Source: Hypanus sabinus (taxonomy: Eukaryota). From it: 64,000 bases of DNA. The stretch is taken from contig NC_082731.1 in the NCBI RefSeq assembly GCF_030144855.1, positions 27,776,001 through 27,840,000 of the forward strand, read 5' to 3'. This document shows, piece by piece, positions 24,465 through 36,399 of the stretch (position 1 is its first letter; every line of letters begins with the position of its first letter). A program made the translations under genes and the position numbers. Under the pieces are notes generated by a model. It saw nothing but the letters and a program-made list of their open reading frames with translations, had not been told where the DNA came from and did no database searches.

Positions 24465-25570
24465 AATCTGTAACTGGATCCTAGACTTCCTGACTGGGAG
24501 ACCTCGGTCAGTACGGATCGGGAGTAGCATATACAACACCATTACACTGAGCACGGGGGCCCCCAGGGCTGTGTGCTCAGTCCACTCTGCTGACCCATGA
24601 CCGCACTGCAACACACAGCTTGAACCACATCATCAAGTTCGCTGATGACATGACCACAGTGGGTCTCATCAACTAGAATGATGAGTCAGCTGACAGAGAG
24701 GAGGTGCAGTGGCTAACGGACTGGAGCAGAGCTAACAACCTGTCTCTGAATGTGAACAAGTCAAAAGAGATGGTTGTTGAGTTCAGGAGGGTACGAAGCG
24801 ACCACTCCCCACCGAACATCAACGGCTCCTCAATAGAGATCGTAAAGAGCACCAAATTTCTTGATGTTCACCTGACGGAGAATCTCACCTGGTCCCTCAA
24901 CACCAGCTCCATAGCAAAGAAAGCCCAGCAGCATCTCTACTTTCTGTGAAGGGTGAGGAAAGTCCATGTCCCAACCTTCATCCTCATCACATTCTACAGG
25001 GGTTGCATTGAGAATATCCTGAGCAGCTGTATCACTGCCTGGTTTGGAAATTGCACCACCTCGGATCGGAAGACCCTGCAGCAGATAGTGAAGTCAGCTG
25101 AGAAGATCATTGGGGTCTCTCTTCCCACCATTACAGATATTTACACTGCATTCACAAAGCAAACAGCATTATGAACAACCCCACACACCCTTCATACAAA
25201 CTCTTCTCCCTCCTGCCGTCTGGGAAAAGGTATCAAAGCATTTGGACTCTCACAACCAGACTATGTAACAGTTTCTTCCCCCAAGCTATCGGACTCCTCA
25301 ATACCCAGAGTCTGGACTGACACCTTACTGCCCTATTGTCTTGTTTATTATTTATTGTAATACCAGCACTATTTTGTGCACTTTATGCAGTCCTGGGTAG
25401 GTCTGTAGACTAGTGTAGGTTTTTTTCTGTGTGGTTTTTTTACGTAGTTCAGTCTAGTTTTTGTACTGTGTCATGTAACACCATGGTCCTGAAAAAACGT
25501 TACCTCATTTTTACTATGCACTGTACCAGCAGTTATGGTCGAAATGACAATAAAAGTGACTTTACATGAC
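24465..25570 (+). mobile_element. Rex1/Babar-like LINE 3' part
   Basis: PQGCVLSP, KFADD, LNVNKSKEMVVEF, ILSSCITAWFGNC; 3' end gaaatgacaataaaagtgact. Confidence 0.87.
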
Positions 25571-25859
25571 TGTGTCAGTCAGTTGACACAGAAGAAACAA
25601 GACCTCTCTTGAAACACGAGCTCACCAAACAACAACCTTTGTGACTGTGGGCAGTTTACCTCCTTATGTTTCTCACCACACCTGAGAATTTTCATTTGTA
25701 CCTGCCTCAACCTACTGTTGGCTTGTATTCATTACAGATTGTTTAAACTTTCCAGGCTTACAGCTGTAAGTTAAAAATCTCACAGCTGGCTGTCCCATTC
25801 CAACTCCCACTGCCTCGTTGTCCCTTTCTGAACTGAGATATGGAACATGCTCCACTCTA

Positions 25860-26740
25860 CTCTCTCTACACCCATGACTATGTGGCTAGGCACAGCTCAA
25901 ATGCCATCTTCACATTTGTCTGTTGTTGGCAGAATCTCAGATGGTGATGAGGAGGTGTACAGAACTGAGATAGATTGGCTGGTTGAGTGGTGTCACAACA
26001 ATAATCTTCATTCAATGTCAGTCAGAATAATGAATTGATTGTGGCCTTCAAGAATGGAACGTGGGGTCGGGGGACATCAGGTATCATTGAGGGATCAGCA
26101 GTGGAAAGAGTGAGCAATTTCAAATTCCTGGCAGTCAACATCGCTAAAGATCTATCCTGGGTCCAACTCATTGATGAAATAACAAAGAAAGAACTTTAGA
26201 GGTGAAATTTCATTGGGAGTTTGAGATGATTTGGTGTTTCACCAAATATTCGAGTAAATTTCTACAGACGTACCATGGAGAGCATTCGATGTGGTTGCAT
26301 CACCGTCTGGTACAGACAGGCCACTGCACAGGATCAGAAAAAGCTGCAGGGAGTTGCAAACTCAGCCAGCTCCATCACGGGCACCATCTTCCCCAGCACT
26401 GAGGACATCTTCAAAAGACAATGCCTCAAAAAGACACATCCATCATTAAAGACCCACATCATACAGGACATGTTCTCTTCTTATTACTACACCAGAGAGA
26501 CAGTACAGGAGCCTGGAGACACACACTCAACGTTTCAGGAAAATCTTCTTCCCCTCTGCCATCAGATTTCCAAACAGACAATTAATCAATCTATGAACAC
26601 TACCTCCTATTTTTGCTCTCAATTTGCATGAGTTATATAAACATGTATCTTATTGTAATTTATGATATTTATGTGTTGCACTGTACTGCTGCCACAACAC
26701 AACAAATTTCACTACATATGTCAGTGATATTAAACCTGCT
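25860..26740 (+). mobile_element. Rex1/Babar-like LINE fragment (older)
   Basis: VGRISDGDEEVYRTEIDWLVEWC and ESIRCGCITVWY. Confidence 0.75.
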
Positions 26741-28014
26741 TCTGATACTGATGGGAGTAAAGACAGAAACTAGTTGAGTCTGACGATCTGATATACCTGA
26801 CCATAGGTGACCGGTCTGGGCCCAACTGCTGCCATTGGGAAACAACAGTTCATGAGAAAGAGTTTGGGATTGGGAGATGGACAGAAAAGTGAAGGGAAAA
26901 TAGAGAGGAACATTCAGAGGAATTGAAGGAGGCAGAGATAAGCGACATGAAATGGAAGAGAATGAAATGGGGAGGAATTGATGAGAGAGGTGACAGAAAG
27001 GGCAAAGAGGAAATGAGAGGGAAACAATGTGGATATGCAAAGAGTGAGGGGGAACAGGAAAGTGGAAGTCACAGGAAGAGATAAAGAGAGTGGGAGAAGA
27101 ACATGGTGAAGTAAAGGAAACTCAATAGATTTTGTTTTAGTCCAGAAACTCTGGTACTACACAAGACTTAAATGAAATGTACAGTACAGGAGCAGATTCA
27201 GACCAATTATTTCATGCCATTGTTTATTTTCTGCATGAACATTCAGTTGCACGATCTTTGTTTCCTTTCTCCACATTCACTTTTGTGGCAGAGATCTATA
27301 TTCTCCCCACTCTCTGGATGAATAATCCAAATTGGATGATCAGTGATTGTTTACAATAGCTTTAATTCCCTGAAGTCTGGAACACATTTCTCCTCCACCC
27401 TATCAGGCATTTTTATCTGTGTTGTGGAAACATGCTTTACCCTTCAACCTTTTCATGGCCCTCCAATCCAGGGTGTATTTGAGCATCTAAACCATTCACA
27501 TGTTACTAATGAGGTCGACGCTGTCCCCCTGTTTTCACAGGAATGAGCCCCGAAGTTGAATCCAGTACATTCCAGCATCAAGGAGACAGTGTCCCTGCTG
27601 GGAGAATTTCATGGGACTGGGTAAGAGGAGAGTACAGATTGCTTTTTGTCCAAGTTTAAGCATAGGTTTTCGTACCTGTATTAACCTATGTGAAACTTCA
27701 TGAAACCCCAGTTCTGGTTGCTCCATTTTCAGGATATGGCGGCTTTGGAGAGGGTGTAAACAATGTTCTTGAGCATGTTGCCTGGATTAGAGAATATTAG
27801 TTGTAAGGAGAGATTGAACAATCTTTGATTGTTTACTCTGGAGTGTAGACTGACAGGCAACCTGATAGAGGCTTATAAAAGTATGAGAGACATTGACAGG
27901 TTTGTTACAAGAATCACCCTTTAATGACCAGTGACACAGAGAATCTGTATTTACTGACAAGTAACTTTAATTGTTTCAACTCAAAAGCACGTGGGTTCAC
28001 AAACTAATTACCTG

Positions 28015-28855
28015 TGTTACGAACCCCGTAACTGGGTCACTTACCAGCAAAGATAGAGAGTTCCGTTGAAGTCTCATGGTACTATTTTTAACAGTATTTA
28101 TTAGTAAAAATACACAAAAGTAATATCAATGCAAACATACAGATAATATACGTCGTCAATACTAAACCTAAAAGTGCGGGTATAATAATAATCAATAAGA
28201 AATAGCTCTATCGTTGTCTAGGGGATAAATGTATTGTCCGATGGAAATATAAAAGTCACTCAGTTCATTCAGGCTGCAGCCTTTTTTTGGAGAGAGAGAG
28301 AGATTTTTGAGAAACTTGCCGGGTTTTCCTTTTATGATTTCGATCCTTTTGGAGTCCCGTTGGTGTGGCCGGTCACTTGTGGCCTCTCCTTTAGCTAAAG
28401 CTGTTCTTCCGTGGTGAGGCCGCCAATCCCAGGCAAGGGAAAGGATGCACACGAGCCCCCACATCGGCTGTCGCTATGAAACGCTGTCACGGGATTTCTC
28501 GCGTTTCTCCTGGTGCGTCTAAAGGGGTTGTTCCCCAGACCCTTTTATCCTTACTCACGGGGTCTCAGATGTCAATCAGGTTGGGATGATGCAATCCCTC
28601 AACCAGCCCACTCTGATCATCCCCTGAGGGCTTCAATGAATAGTACAGTACTCAGTACACAATTCCATCTCCAAGAGACAATGCCCGTTATCAGTGGCTT
28701 TGTCTCGCTGAGGCCAGGACACATTCCAAAACTTTGTGGATCCTCCCTCATTTCCTCGGTCCCAGACCCGAATTAATAGCGGTCTTGCGATTCTCGAAAA
28801 GGAGGGGGCGACTTTTTACCCTTCGGCCCCTCAGAGTTGTGGCACATTCATAACA
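28015..28855 (-). mobile_element. Solo LTR
   Basis: TGTTA...TAACA termini. 4-bp TSD CCTG at 28011-28014 and 28856-28859. AATAAA on the minus strand near the left end gives the orientation. Confidence 0.85.
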
Positions 28856-29290
28856 CCTGTGTGCACTCAACTGGAATCCCTGACCCTCCATGAACAGTCA
28901 ATGAAAAGAAAAGGTATTACCCGGGAAGGTTGTCCTTCTTGTCCATGATGGTTGATCTCTGGTTGCTGGAGAGTTATCACCCCAGCGTAATTGGAGTTCC
29001 TGATTCATACAGTGTTACTCATCAATTGAACTGGTGGATCCCCATCGTATTGGCTCACCTGAGTCACTTTCTTACTGGTCATTGTTCAGGGCTGCACTAA
29101 CATTGTTTCATAATTCTGCCCACCCCAACCTTGAGTATTCGAGTTTTCCAAACCAGTTAAATGAGTTGACCCAGAAAGTCAAATGAGATAACAGATGGTC
29201 TCTTTGGTAGATCTGGCATTTTGCATAGTAAGTAGCTATTCATTCAAGAATGGTCTCAGATTTAGCAGATCATTACCTGCACATTCAATT

Positions 29291-30134
29291 GCAAACATGA
29301 GGAAATCTGCAGATGCTGGAAATTCAAACAACACACACAAAATGCTGGTGGAACACAGCAGGACAGGCAGCATCTATAAGGAGATGCACTGTGGACATTT
29401 CAGGCTGAGACCCTTGGTCAGGACTAACTGAAGGGAAAGATACTAAGTGATTTGGAAGTAGTAGGGGGAGGGGGAAATGCGAAATGATAGAAGACCGGAG
29501 TAGGTTGAAACTAAGAGCTGGAAAGGTGATTGGCGAAAGTGATACAGAGCTGGAGAAGAGAAAGGATCATGGGATGGGAGGCCTCTGGAGAAAGAAAGGG
29601 GGAGAGGAGCATGAGAGGGAGATGGAGAACAGGCAGAGTGATGGGCAGAGAGAGAGAAAAAAAAACAAGCAACTATATATGTCAGGGATGGGGTGAGAAG
29701 GGGAGGAGGGGCATTGAACAGTGACTTCTCTAACTTCTGTTAATGCCCCTCCTCCCTTTCTTATCCCATCCCTGACATATTTAGTTGCTTGTTTTTTTCT
29801 CTCTCTCTGTCCATCACTCTGCCTGTTCTCCATCTCCCTCTGGTGCTCCCCCTCCCCCATTCTTTCTCCCAAGGCCTCCCATCCCATGATCCTTTCCCTT
29901 CTCCAGCTCTGTATCACTTTCGCCAATCACCTTTCCAGCTCTTGGCTTCAACCCACCCCCTCCGGTCTTCTCCTATCATTTTGCATTTCCCCCTCACCCC
30001 ACTAATTTTAAATCTCTTAGTACCTTTCCGTTCAGTTAACCCTGAACAAGGGTCTCGCCCGAAACATCGACAGTGCTTCTCCTTATAGATGCTGCCTGGC
30101 CTGCTGTGTTCCACCAGCATTTTGTGTGTGTTGT
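29291..30134. mobile_element. Penelope-like element pLTR with inverted duplication
   Basis: Two arms of about 400 bp in inverted orientation, both homologous to 48860-49293. 14-bp TSD CTGCACATTCAATT at 29277-29290 and 30135-30148. Confidence 0.88.
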
Positions 30135-31979
30135 CTGCACATTCAATTACTCTGATTAGATTGTCCCAGAGTAACAATCAGCTCAGAGTCCAAAATGTGG
30201 GGAAACAAAGAGAACTGGTTTGTCTGCTTCACCTGTCCTTGATTAGACTATAGATTTTTTTGGCAAAGAGGGTAGACAATCAGAGTCATTTTTCCAAGGT
30301 AAAATGCCATATCCAAAAATACATAGACTTAAGCTGAGGGGTATAGCATTCAAAGGCTTTTTGTGCTTTGTAATTTTTTACACACAATAGTAGATGCCTG
30401 GAATGCACTGGCAGGAGTGGTGGTGAATCAGCATGATAGTACAGTTGAGATACATTTGAAAAAGCACATGACCATTCAGGATATGGAGGGATATGGATTC
30501 TGTGCAGATAGTTCGCTTTAGATTAATTTAGTGTTCTGGTTGTCACAGTCACAATGGGCTGAAGGGCCTGTTCCTGTGCTGTACTGTTCTGTGTTGTAGG
30601 TTTACTTGAAGCTCAGTAACTATTTGTTATTAATAGCTGACAGATGTCTGAAACTCTGCGATAACATTAACACTCAGTCCTTACACTTCCTCTCCGGTTT
30701 CACAGGCAGGTTTAATTTGAGCAGTGGGCCCTCCCAGTGGAGCTGTGTACTAACAAGAATAAACACACTGCTTTATATATGAAAATACAATTCTAATGTT
30801 GTGCTTTGCACCAACCAATGTTTACCACACAGAATGAATTGAAATTAAAGGGCAAAAGACACACAGACAGCAAGACCCTCTCCTCATCACAGGGCATTTG
30901 CCACATGTCAGAAATGGGCCGACTGTAATGATGGATTGACCTTTACTAATAGACTTATTGATTATGTTATGGGAATGAGCAGTTCAAATGTATGTACACC
31001 TGCATTTTATGTTCTGAAGCAGTTGGGAGACTCCCACCAACAACTTAAACTGCGTTTGCTCAAACTGAGCACGGAAGTCCAACCTGATGACACTAGTTCA
31101 GGTGATTAGATAATTGTAAAGTTTCAGCAATAAAGTGGAAAATAAGGAGAAACTAAAAGATGCCACATAACTGCCTTGCCAACATTGCATCAATGGGCAG
31201 GATCCTGGTGTGACATGCTGCTTCAGATGCTTGTTGATGAGAATGAAGGCTGCCTGGTGAATCAAGTTCAGACTGAAACAGCAACACAGAACACAATCAC
31301 TATGGATCACTGTGGGAGCTGGGGGTTATCATTGGCCTGGAAGCTGTCAGGCCCTGAAGATCAAGGATAACAAACTTGTTTATTCAGAGATTCAATACTC
31401 TGTCATCTAATTGTCTTTGGTAGATTATCAGCTGATGATGTCTGCAATTATAGCTATCTTCTAAACCTTTCTTTATGAAATCTGGACAGTAAAATGTGCA
31501 GTCTTATTCCTGTAAGAGCCTTGGACCAGTAGCTTGCTGTGTGAATTTTGTGTTCGCCTTGAATAAAATAACATCACCTGAACTGGATCCAAGTCTCTTT
31601 AAACTCTGAATCAAATTTGATAAGAACAGACTGGGATGGTACTACCCTGTTGGAAATTTTGACATCTCAGGTGTTGGATAGACTATGTAATTGTTTTTTA
31701 TTGTGGTTTAACTCTCGTAAGTTTGTTTGTTTTAAAACAATTGCTTATGTACATGTAATTGTTCAGTGGGTTGCCATTGTTTTTGGAAACTCAGTTTCAG
31801 TAGTGGGTATCACATTGCTTGAACAGGGACGGCTTATTGGCTAATTTTAGCAATGGAATTTGAATGGAATGTCTGCTTCCAGCAGTCAGTAGTCATAAGC
31901 TGTGGGTTTTAATGCCCCTTCTTGACTGCCGAAGTACTTTGGGTTGCAAGAACATCAGGACCCAACACAGGTTTCACTA

Positions 31980-32445
31980 TCTCTGATCTACGGGCTATTC
32001 CCAGGGATGCACACCAAGACCAACATCTGGTGCTGCTGGCAGAGCATCAACTCGGTGACAGACGCTCTTTGGTCAGCCCGAAACTTGATGGTCTACCAGC
32101 ACATGGAGATGTCCGTGGGAGAATGCTGCCGACTGGCACATTCTTGGCTGCAGGAGTACATGCTGAGGGACGCACTCAAACTTGGTGCAACTGCGGCAAG
32201 TGCTCGGTGGGGAAGGACCACAGTCCAGGGTTCTTCTCCCGCGGGAGTTGAGGGGTGCGGGGGCGGGGTGTATACCCCTCAACAAGTGTATGTAAATATG
32301 AAGTAACAGAGTGCCACCTGGGTGGCAAAAGTGTGGGAATGTAAAGAATGTAATGGAAACATTTGTAAAGGACTGAGAGTCATTGAATGGTTTATTGTAC
32401 ATAATTTTATTTTTGTATGAAGTATATTTTGATTTTTAAAAAATC
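31980..32445 (+). mobile_element. Tx1/L1-clade LINE 3' end, copy 1
   Basis: LIYGLFPG...WCCWQSINSVTDALWSARNLMVYQH...LQEYMLRDALKLG; 3' UTR and A-rich tail. Confidence 0.8.
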
Positions 32446-32449
32446 TATC

Positions 32450-33688
32450 GATAACCAGCAAGAACCTGGTCATGAAGAGTGAGGTGTTCTCAGGACTGCT
32501 GTACTTGGCGCAGGTGTAGCCAATCCCCCGCTCCTTCAGCCCGGAAATCACCTGAGCCGTCTTCAGATTCGTCTGGGGATCCAAGATGGAGCAGGTCAGA
32601 TGTACCACCATGTACAAGTCCCTGGACAATGGGGGCAAAAACGTTCCCAATGTAGCCCTCACCCTGATGGTCAGCTTCGTGTGTGGCTGCATCAGGCTGT
32701 GTGTGGATCCCAGGTATGTGGGCACCAAGTACCACTATGTGCCCAGGTTCTACCTGTCACCCTGGCTACGAAGGATGGGTCTCTCCCCTTTCCTGCGCAA
32801 CACCCCTGTCAGCTGGTCGTTGCCGCCATACCTGTCCTTCATAGAGAAGTTCTTTCAGGTCAACACCTTTGACCACAGGGCCCTCAGGCAGTGGTCAGCA
32901 CGTAAGGTCCTGCAGGCACTGCAGGAGAAGGACGAGATGGACACAGAGCAGACTGTCCAGTTCATCTGGCAAAGTGCCTCATCGCCAGACCTCACCAACA
33001 GGCACCAGGACCTCGGCTGGCTGGCGGTGAGAGGGGCCCTCCCAGTCCAATCCCTCCTGTATGCCCGGAACGTCGTCTCCACACCCCTCTGCCCATAGGA
33101 GGACTGCAGTGAGGAGCTGTCGGGGACCCACCTCTTTGCACACTGTGGGTTCACGGAGAAGGTGTGGAGGAGGATGGAAGGGGCAGTGTTAAGGTTTATC
33201 CCCAGCAGCTGCGTGACAGAGGACTCTGATCTACGGGCTGTTCCTGGGGACACACAAGGAGACCAACATCTGGTGCTGCTGGCAGATCATCAACTCGGTG
33301 AAAGATGCTCTTTGGTTGGCTCGAAACTTGATGGTCTACCAGCACATGGAAATGTCCGTGGGGGAATGCTGCCGACCGGCACATTCTCAGCTGCAGGAGT
33401 ACGTGCTGAGTGATGCACTCTAACGGTGTAGCCACCACAAGGGTCCGGTGCGGAAGGAATACAGTCTAGGGTTCTTCTCCCACGGGAGTTGAGGAGTGGA
33501 GGCTGGAGTGTACACCTCTCAACAAGGGAACGTAAATATGGAATAACAGAGTGCTATCTGGGTGGCGAAAAGTGTGAAAATGTAAAGACAGTAATGGAAA
33601 AATTTGTAAAGGACTGAGAGTCACTGAATGGTTTATTGTACATAATTTTATTTTTGAATAAAGTATATCTTGTTTAATTAAAAAAAAA
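32450..33688 (+). mobile_element. Tx1/L1-clade LINE 3' part, copy 2
   Basis: Post-RT region (FVWGSKME, DNGGKNVPNV) and zf-RVT-like LAVRGALP...LCP...HLFAHC. Same C-terminus and 3' UTR as copy 1; AATAAA and poly(A) to 33688. Confidence 0.85.
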
Positions 33689-33714
33689 CCTTTTAATCAA
33701 CGAATCCATCAGAC

Positions 33715-34008
33715 AAGCTGGGGTAGTGTAGTGGTTAGCAGAATGATTTACAGTGCAGGTGACCTGGGGTTCAATTCCTGTCGCTGCCTGTAAGGAATTT
33801 GTAATTTCTCCCCGAGAATGTGTGTGTTTCCTCCGGGTACTCCAGTTTCCTCTCACAGTCCAAAGACATACCGTTTCGTGCTTTAACTGGTCATTGTAAA
33901 TTGTCCTGTGATGAGACGAGGATTAAATCGGGATTCCTGGGCAGTGTGGCTCAAAGGGTCAGAACAGCCTATTCCATGCTCTGTGCCAATAAATAAATGA
34001 ATTAAATC
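33715..34008 (+). mobile_element. tRNA-derived V-SINE (HE1-like)
   Basis: A box TAGTGTAGTGG, B box GGTTCAATTCC (33768-33778), V-domain tttcctccgggtactccagtttcctctcacagtccaaagaca, CR1-like tail ending aataaataaa. Confidence 0.8.
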
Positions 34009-34284
34009 ATTTACATGGATTTTACTGATTTTTCCCATGAGTTCATTCTAAAATTATTCTTGAGTTTCCTCTCACCCTCCTCCATATGGGAGTCCAGTCC
34101 TACTGTCAATTACTCTGTCTGACGAGCTTCCTAAACAAAGTCCACAGATTCATTCTAGTGAATTTAAACCTGCAGTCTGTGTCTTTCTCTTCCTCTTTAA
34201 TTTAAATCCATCTTATGGATGTCATTTCCATTCCCTTCACTCTTCCATCACTCTGTGTCAGATGTCTCAGTGAGTCAGTAAATT

Positions 34285-35075
34285 GTGGTGCAAACCATTT
34301 CAGCACATCATCCCGTTGGACTGAGGCATTGCTTCCAGATTCCTCCTCTGACCAGACAATTCCTCACCTGCATTCCCTCTCCTTCTATGACCTGACAGCT
34401 GATTTATGCTCCTGTGAAACACTTTCTGATGATTTCCTATATTAAAGCCACACTGTAAATGCAAGTGGTTGCTTTTGGGTAAAATTGTCCAATTATTTTG
34501 CATTGCAGACCAACCATGTCCACAAATGATCCACAAAAGTTCTTGATGATAAATGGGGGCTGAGTCCCGAGGAATGTGGGAATTCTGGAACCTGGAATCT
34601 ATTGATTCTTGATTCATTACTAATCCCTCCACAATCTCTTCAGCCACCTCTTTCTGAATGTGGTGGTGTGCACCATCTGGTCCACGTGACTTATCTACTT
34701 TCAGACCTTTCAATTTCTCAAGAATCTTCTCCGTAGTAATGATAGCTTCACACACTTCATGGCTCCTGGCACCTGAAACTTCTACCAAACTGCTAGTGTC
34801 TTCCTCAGTGAATGCTGATGAAAAATATTTATTCAGTTCATCCACCATTTCCTTGTTCCCATTACTGTACTACCTTTCCAGCATTGTTTTCCAGTGGTCC
34901 AATGCCGACTTTTGCCTCTCTTTTACACTTTATGTATCTGAAGAAACATTTGATGTCCTCTTTAACATTATTGGCAAGCATACTTTTATCTTCCATCTTA
35001 ACCTTCTTACTGACTTTTTTAGTTGTCCTCTGTTGACTTTATTGCCTCCAAATACCTCCAAACCTCCTCAATAAT
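34285..35075 (-). mobile_element. CR1 ORF2 fragment
   Basis: MVDELNKYFSSAFTEED...LKGLKVDKSRGPDG. Confidence 0.8.
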
Positions 35076-35399
35076 AGGTTCCAACATTTATTCATTCAGT
35101 GAAGTTTGGCTAATTATATTATAAACAGTGCAGAACAGCAACAGGCCATTCGGCCCACAATGTTCTGCTGAACCAGCTAAAAAGCAAATCAAAAACACCC
35201 AACACTAGTCCCTCCCACGTACACAGTGTCCATATCCCTCTATCTCCCACACATTCATGTACCAATCCAAACATCTCTTAAAAAGCCTCTAATGTATTTG
35301 CCTCTACACCATACCAAGCAGCGCATTCCCGGCATCCACCATTCTCTGAGTAAAAAACTTACCCCTCATCCCCCTTTGAACCTACCCCCTCTCACCTTC

Positions 35400-36140
35400 A
35401 ACATACTGTATGCCCATGCAACTGATGAACCCAAAGGAACAGCAGAGATCAATACAGTTTGGTACCAGCAGCGTTGCAGGAGTTGCCAGTCGGTATTGAA
35501 CTCAATGTAGGGCTGCCCAAGAGACTCCAGCTTCGGAATTTTTCCTTGGATTTACAACTGAATCCTTCCCCGTAGTGGGTATTGCCACAAGGCAGCGAGG
35601 TCTGAAATCAGAGTTTTCCTTCTCCTGGGTGAGCTGCCAACCACAGCTGACGAGCCCCATCTGCCCAAAGCCACTGGTTTTAAGGAGCCCATTTGCCCAA
35701 AGCCACTGGTTTGAAGGAGCCCATCTGCCCAAAGCGACTGGTTTTAAGGAGCCCATCTGCCCAAAGCGACTGGTTTTGAGGAGCCCATTTGCCCAAAGCC
35801 ACTGGTTTTAAGGAGCCCATCTGCCCAAAGCGACTGGTTTTAAGGAGCCCATTTGCCCAAAGCCACTGGTTTTAAGGAGCCCATCTGCCCAAAGCGACTG
35901 GTTTTAAGGAGCCCATTTGCCCAAAGCCACTGGTTTTAAGGAGCCCATCTGCCCAAAGCGACGAGATTAAAGAAGCCAGTAACCCAACCTCGCCCCCTCT
36001 CCTGCTACTGCTGGGCTTAGTAGCTAAGCCACACGTGAAAGCCAGGAGCTGGATTTGGTTGTCAGAGGCTATTTGAGGCACACGTCATTGGGAGTATTGT
36101 AACAATTAGTGGGAGCTCATCCCTATTACCACTCCCAGCT
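35400..36140 (+). mobile_element. RTE-derived non-autonomous element (5'UTR-like)
   Basis: ttctcctgggtgagctgccaaccacagctgacgagccccatc and ggagctggatttggttgtcagaggc resemble RTE 5' UTR sequence, recognised from memory. Confidence 0.45.
35652..35962. repeat. 32-bp minisatellite, about 9.7 copies
   Basis: Unit gagcccatYtgcccaaagcSactggttttaag counted directly; the tenth partial unit starts at 35941. Confidence 0.97.
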
Positions 36141-36399
36141 ATAACAACCTCATTGTGTCGATGAGCACAGTATCCATAATTCCATCCACTTTAAGGTAGT
36201 GATGGACAAGGATAGGACAGGTTGGGCTGAAACTTCAGCTGGGCTCATTTTGAGGGGATTGGGGCAGAATCCAGCAGAGTTTAACTGAGGGAACAAACAG
36301 CAAGGGGGAGGCTGTGATAGCAGGATGTTGAAGGGTAAACCTGGCAAGGCTCGGGAACCCTGGTTGATGAGAGACAGAGGCTCTTGTCACCAAAAAGAA

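Noticed and set aside
26669-27120. Hydrophobic 123-aa ORF / purine-rich tract
   Set aside because: Low-complexity GA-rich sequence plus a LINE tail; the composition explains the ORF.
27903-30176. Outer LTR-like element (TGTTACA...GTAACA) hosting the solo LTR and Penelope insertions
   Set aside because: The flanks do not form a TSD and the CR1 host resumes about 90 bp further on, so the boundaries are unsupported.
29484-30177. Multiple overlapping ORFs (MAKVIQSWRRERIMGWE...) as a novel repeated protein
   Set aside because: They are antisense or shadow translations of the purine-rich Penelope pLTR, repeated at 48847-49260.
33715-33790. tRNA gene
   Set aside because: The A and B boxes are the head of a V-SINE; there is no full cloverleaf and it continues into the V-domain and LINE tail.
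35652-35962. CRISPR-like array
   Set aside because: Contiguous tandem units with no unique spacers, in a vertebrate genome with no cas genes.
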